DNA from: Bacteroidales bacterium
GTDB lineage: Bacteria > Bacteroidota > Bacteroidia > Bacteroidales > PXBB01
NCBI GenBank assembly: GCA_003565735.1
Contig: PXBB01000140.1
Location: 15,231 to 79,230, forward strand
Direction: 5' to 3'
Length of the DNA stretch: 64,000 bases
Shown: one piece after another, positions 60,569-64,000 of the stretch
How the letters are laid out: each line of letters opens with the position of its first letter
Position numbering within the stretch: position 1 is the first letter of the stretch
Translations under genes and position numbers: made by a program
Notes under the pieces: generated by a model
Told to the model about the DNA's origin: nothing
Seen by the model: only the letters and a program-made list of their open reading frames with translations
Databases searched by the model: none

Positions 60569-60603
60569 ACTTATTTCCTCCTCAGTTTTTTAGTTAATAA
60601 TTA

Positions 60604-62547
60604 TTATTTATTAAATTTTATCAATGTATTAATTTCTGTCTTTAGGGTTTCAATAAATTTGTTAATAGGCATCTGGCCGGCGTCTCCTGCACCTTGCTTT
60701 CTGACCGAAACAGTCTCTGTCTCCTCTTCTTTAAGACCAACTATTAACATATAAGGAACCCTTTTGAGTTCTGTATCTCTTATCTTTCTACCTGTTTTTT
60801 CGTTTCTGTCATCTATATAAGCCCTGATATCAGAATTTTGCAGCAAAGATAATACTTTTTTTGAATAATCAACAAATTTTTCACTAATAGGCAGAATAGC
60901 TACTTGCTCGGGTGTTAGCCACAATGGGAATTTGCCGGCACAATGTTCTATCAAAACAGCGACAAATCTCTCCATCGATCCAAAAGGAGCTCTGTGAATC
61001 ATAACAGGGCGGTGTTTTTGATTATCGCTACCCACATATTCCAGCTCAAATCTTTCGGGCAGGTTATAGTCCACTTGTATGGTACCCAGCTGCCACTTAC
61101 GTCCGATGGCATCTTTTACCATAAAATCTAACTTGGGGCCGTAAAAAGCAGCTTCACCTTTGACAACGGTAGCTTTAAGCCCTTTCTCCTGGCAAGCTTC
61201 AATAATGGCTTTTTCAGAACGTTCCCAGTTTTCATCTGTTCCAATATATTTTTCTTTGTTTTCGGTGTCTCTTAAAGATATTTGCGCTTCAAAATTTTCG
61301 AACTCCAGTGCTTTAAAAATATGAAATATGATGTCTATAACGCCCTTAAATTCATCTTTCAACTGATCGGGGCGGCAAAAAATATGGGCATCATCCTGCG
61401 TAAAACCACGAACACGCGTCAAGCCATGTAACTCGCCACTTTGTTCGTACCGATAAACGGTGCCAAATTCGGCATAGCGCACAGGCAGGTCTTTGTATGA
61501 ATGCTGTTGCGACTTAAATATTTCGCAATGGTGGGGGCAGTTCATGGGTTTCAACAAAAACTCTTCACCCTCAGCAGGTGTACTTATTGGTCGGAAAGAA
61601 TCCTGTCCATACTTTTCGTAATGACCTGAAACAGTAAACAGCTCTTTCAATCCGATATGCGGCGTCATGACCTGCACATAACCAGAAGCTTTTTGAGCTT
61701 GTTTTAGAAAGTTCTCTAAATTTAAACGCAGCTCGGTGCCTTTGGGTAGCCATAGCGGCAGGCCTGAACCAACAGTAGAAGAGAATGTGAAAAGCTGCAA
61801 TTCTTTGCCAATTTTTCTGTGGTCTCTTTTTTTGGCCTCTTCGAGAAAAACAAGATAAGCATCAAGGTCTTTCTTTTTGGGGAATGATATCCCGTAAATC
61901 CTTGTCAGCTGTTTTCTATTTTCATCGCCACGCCAATAAGCTCCGGCAACATTTAGAAGCTTAAAAGCTTTTATGGGTGTCGTGTCCATTAAGTGTGGTC
62001 CTCTGCATAAATCAACAAATCCGCCTGTTTTGTACAAACTTATGGTACCATCTTCAAGCTCATTTATCAGTTCTATTTTGTACGGGTCCTGCTTTTCGTT
62101 ATAATATTTCAGCGCTTCTTTTTTAGATATTTCAGAGCGCTCAAAATTTTGCCCTTGACGCACAAGGTCCATTATTTTATTTTCTATGGCAGGGAAATCG
62201 TCAGAAGAAATAACATTCTCTCCCAAATCGATATCGTAGTAGAACCCATTTTCTATATCAGGGCCTATCCCAAATTTAGTTCCGGGATATAGGATTTCAA
62301 TAGCTTCGGCCATTATATGCGCACTTGAGTGCCAAAAAGTGGCTTTGCCCTCTGCATCCTCCCAGGTTAAAAGTTTAACATGGGCATTTTTATGAATGGG
62401 CATATTCAAATCGTATATATCGTCGTCAACTTTTGCTGACAAAACTTTACGTGCCAAACCTTCGCTAATGCTAAGCGCAATTTCATGTGCGGTAACACCT
62501 TTTTGGAAAGTGCGGGAGCTCCCATCCGGGAGAGTAATTTCAATCAT
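60604..62547 (-). CDS. thrS: Threonine--tRNA ligase
   Basis: TGS domain, [45 protein letters not shown]; promoter TATTTTTG on minus at 62591-62584. Confidence 0.98.
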   Translation of the reverse strand: MIEITLPDGSSRTFQKGVTAHEIALSISEGLARKVLSAKVDDDIYDLNMPIHKNAHVKLLTWEDAEGKATFWHSSAHIMAEAIEILYPGTKFGIGPDIENGFYYDIDLGENVISSDDFPAIENKIMDLVRQGQNFERSEISKKEALKYYNEKQDPYKIELINELEDGTISLYKTGGFVDLCRGPHLMDTTPIKAFKLLNVAGAYWRGDENRKQLTRIYGISFPKKKDLDAYLVFLEEAKKRDHRKIGKELQLFTFSSTVGSGLPLWLPKGTELRLNLENFLKQAQKASGYVQVMTPHIGLKELFTVSGHYEKYGQDSFRPISTPAEGEEFLLKPMNCPHHCEIFKSQQHSYKDLPVRYAEFGTVYRYEQSGELHGLTRVRGFTQDDAHIFCRPDQLKDEFKGVIDIIFHIFKALEFENFEAQISLRDTENKEKYIGTDENWERSEKAIIEACQEKGLKATVVKGEAAFYGPKLDFMVKDAIGRKWQLGTIQVDYNLPERFELEYVGSDNQKHRPVMIHRAPFGSMERFVAVLIEHCAGKFPLWLTPEQVAILPISEKFVDYSKKVLSLLQNSDIRAYIDDRNEKTGRKIRDTELKRVPYMLIVGLKEEETETVSVRKQGAGDAGQMPINKFIETLKTEINTLIKFNK

Positions 62548-62701
62548 ATTTAATATTATGTCTTAATCATTTTTATAAAACCGCAAAAATACTATTTTAT
62601 TTTTTTATAAAAAAAATGGCACTTATATATTTTATTTATAATTTTACCTTTTGAAAAAGCAGAGATAAAAAAAATTTTTAATAACTAAAAAAAGATTAGA
62701 A

Positions 62702-63949
62702 ATGGCTATTTTAAAAGCGTTTAGAGGTTTCAGACCCCCACAGAGCATTGCATCAAAAATTGCAGCAAGACCTTACGATGTATTAAACTCCGAAGAAGCA
62801 AAAGTTGAAGCAGAAGGCAACCCTTACTCACTGCTGCATATTACAAAGCCTGAAATTGATTTTCCGGAGGGTATTGATGAGCATGATGAAAAGGTGTATC
62901 AAAAAGCCAAGGAAAATTTTGAAAAATTTGTAAAAGAAGGCTGGCTCGTACAGGATGAGAAAGACTGTTTATACATTTACGCCCAAACTATGGACGGACG
63001 TACTCAATACGGGCTGGTAGGTTGTGCCGGTGTTGAAGATTATATGAACAATATAATAAAAAAACACGAACTTACCCGTAAAGATAAAGAAGAAGATCGT
63101 ATGAAACATGTTCGTGTTAATAATGCCAATATTGAGCCTGTTTTTTTTACTTACAGATCAGTCAAGGAAATTGATGATATCATTGAAAACTGGGTAAATA
63201 TCAACAAGCCTGTTTATGATTTTGTTGCGGAAGATGGTTTTGGTCATCATTTTTGGGTTATCGACTGCGACGACACCATTTCTCAAATTCTTAAGCATTT
63301 CGAAGCCCTGCCCAGCACATATGTTGCCGATGGTCACCACCGCACTGCTGCTGCTGCTTTGGTTGGAAATGAGAAAAAGAAAAACAACCCCAATCACACA
63401 GGGAATGAGGAATACAACTACTTTTTAGCCGTTCATTTTCCTGACAACCAGCTTCAAATAATTGACTACAACAGAGTTGTTAAAGACTTGAACGGATTAA
63501 GCCCCGAAGATCTTATACATAAGCTGAAAAAGACTTTTTACGTGCAAGAGGTAGGCGCAGAAATTTACAAGCCCACAGAATTGCATAATTTCAGTATGTA
63601 TCTTAATGGAAAGTGGTATTCATTAACTGCAAAGCCGGGCTCTTATGATGATAATGACCCCATTGGTGTACTTGATGTTACTATTCTCTCAAAGTATGTC
63701 CTTGATGAACTCCTGGGCATAAAAGACCTGCGTACGGATAAGCGCGTTGATTTTGTTGGAGGGATCAGAGGATTAGAAGAACTCAAAAAACGTGTTGACA
63801 GTGGTGAGATGGCTGTAGCTTTTGCCTTGTACCCCGTATCTATGAAGCAGTTGCTCGATATTGCAGATACCAACAATATAATGCCCCCCAAAACAACATG
63901 GTTTGAACCTAAGCTGAGAAGCGGACTGATAATACATACGCTTGACTAG
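62702..63949 (+). CDS. DUF1015 family protein
   Basis: ARPYDV, IKKHELTR, YVADGHHRTAAA, MPPKTTWFEPKLRSG. Confidence 0.92.
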   Translation: MAILKAFRGFRPPQSIASKIAARPYDVLNSEEAKVEAEGNPYSLLHITKPEIDFPEGIDEHDEKVYQKAKENFEKFVKEGWLVQDEKDCLYIYAQTMDGRTQYGLVGCAGVEDYMNNIIKKHELTRKDKEEDRMKHVRVNNANIEPVFFTYRSVKEIDDIIENWVNINKPVYDFVAEDGFGHHFWVIDCDDTISQILKHFEALPSTYVADGHHRTAAAALVGNEKKKNNPNHTGNEEYNYFLAVHFPDNQLQIIDYNRVVKDLNGLSPEDLIHKLKKTFYVQEVGAEIYKPTELHNFSMYLNGKWYSLTAKPGSYDDNDPIGVLDVTILSKYVLDELLGIKDLRTDKRVDFVGGIRGLEELKKRVDSGEMAVAFALYPVSMKQLLDIADTNNIMPPKTTWFEPKLRSGLIIHTLD

Positions 63950-64000
63950 CCTGCATTATTCACAAAAGTAAACAAAAAAGTGTAAAATATTGATTGTCAA

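Overview
AT-rich chromosomal segment of a Bacteroidota organism, probably an anaerobic Bacteroidales-type lineage. The evidence is recurrent TAnnTTTG -7 promoter elements, a T9SS C-terminal domain protein, TonB receptor and OmpH genes, and [FeFe]-hydrogenase maturases. From left to right: hydE (partial) and hydF; a ~7 kb defence islet (type IIG R-M enzyme with an in-frame DUF559 nuclease cassette flanked by palindromic repeats, truncated BRO-N, HEPN protein, frameshifted NYN RNase with a candidate antisense sRNA); housekeeping genes (pyrD, methionine gamma-lyase, ruvB, nadB, AddB-like nuclease, TrmH, ald); an unannotated 55-aa peptide; a three-lipoprotein cassette; a copper-related locus (T9SS cupredoxin, Cys/His-rich HYC_CC_PP protein, TonB receptor); a 13-kb minus-strand operon (HlyD-VTC-DUF4956-TolC, six glycosyltransferase-like genes, an ABC exporter and a B12 radical SAM enzyme); then patatin, SDR, SPOR, USP, Pif1-like helicase, bacterioferritin, a hybrid kinase, thrS-infC-rpmI-rplT and DUF1015. 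The best candidates for new biology are (1) the VTC polyphosphate-polymerase-domain and DUF4956 pair embedded between a membrane-fusion protein and TolC, (2) a gap-free C-terminal motif S-W-x10-P-x2-Y-x2-L-K-[KR] shared by two GT8s and the unrelated radical SAM enzyme of the same operon, and (3) the repeat-flanked DUF559 cassette inside the R-M gene. All family calls come from motif recognition by eye; no searches were run. No rRNA, tRNA or CRISPR array was seen.
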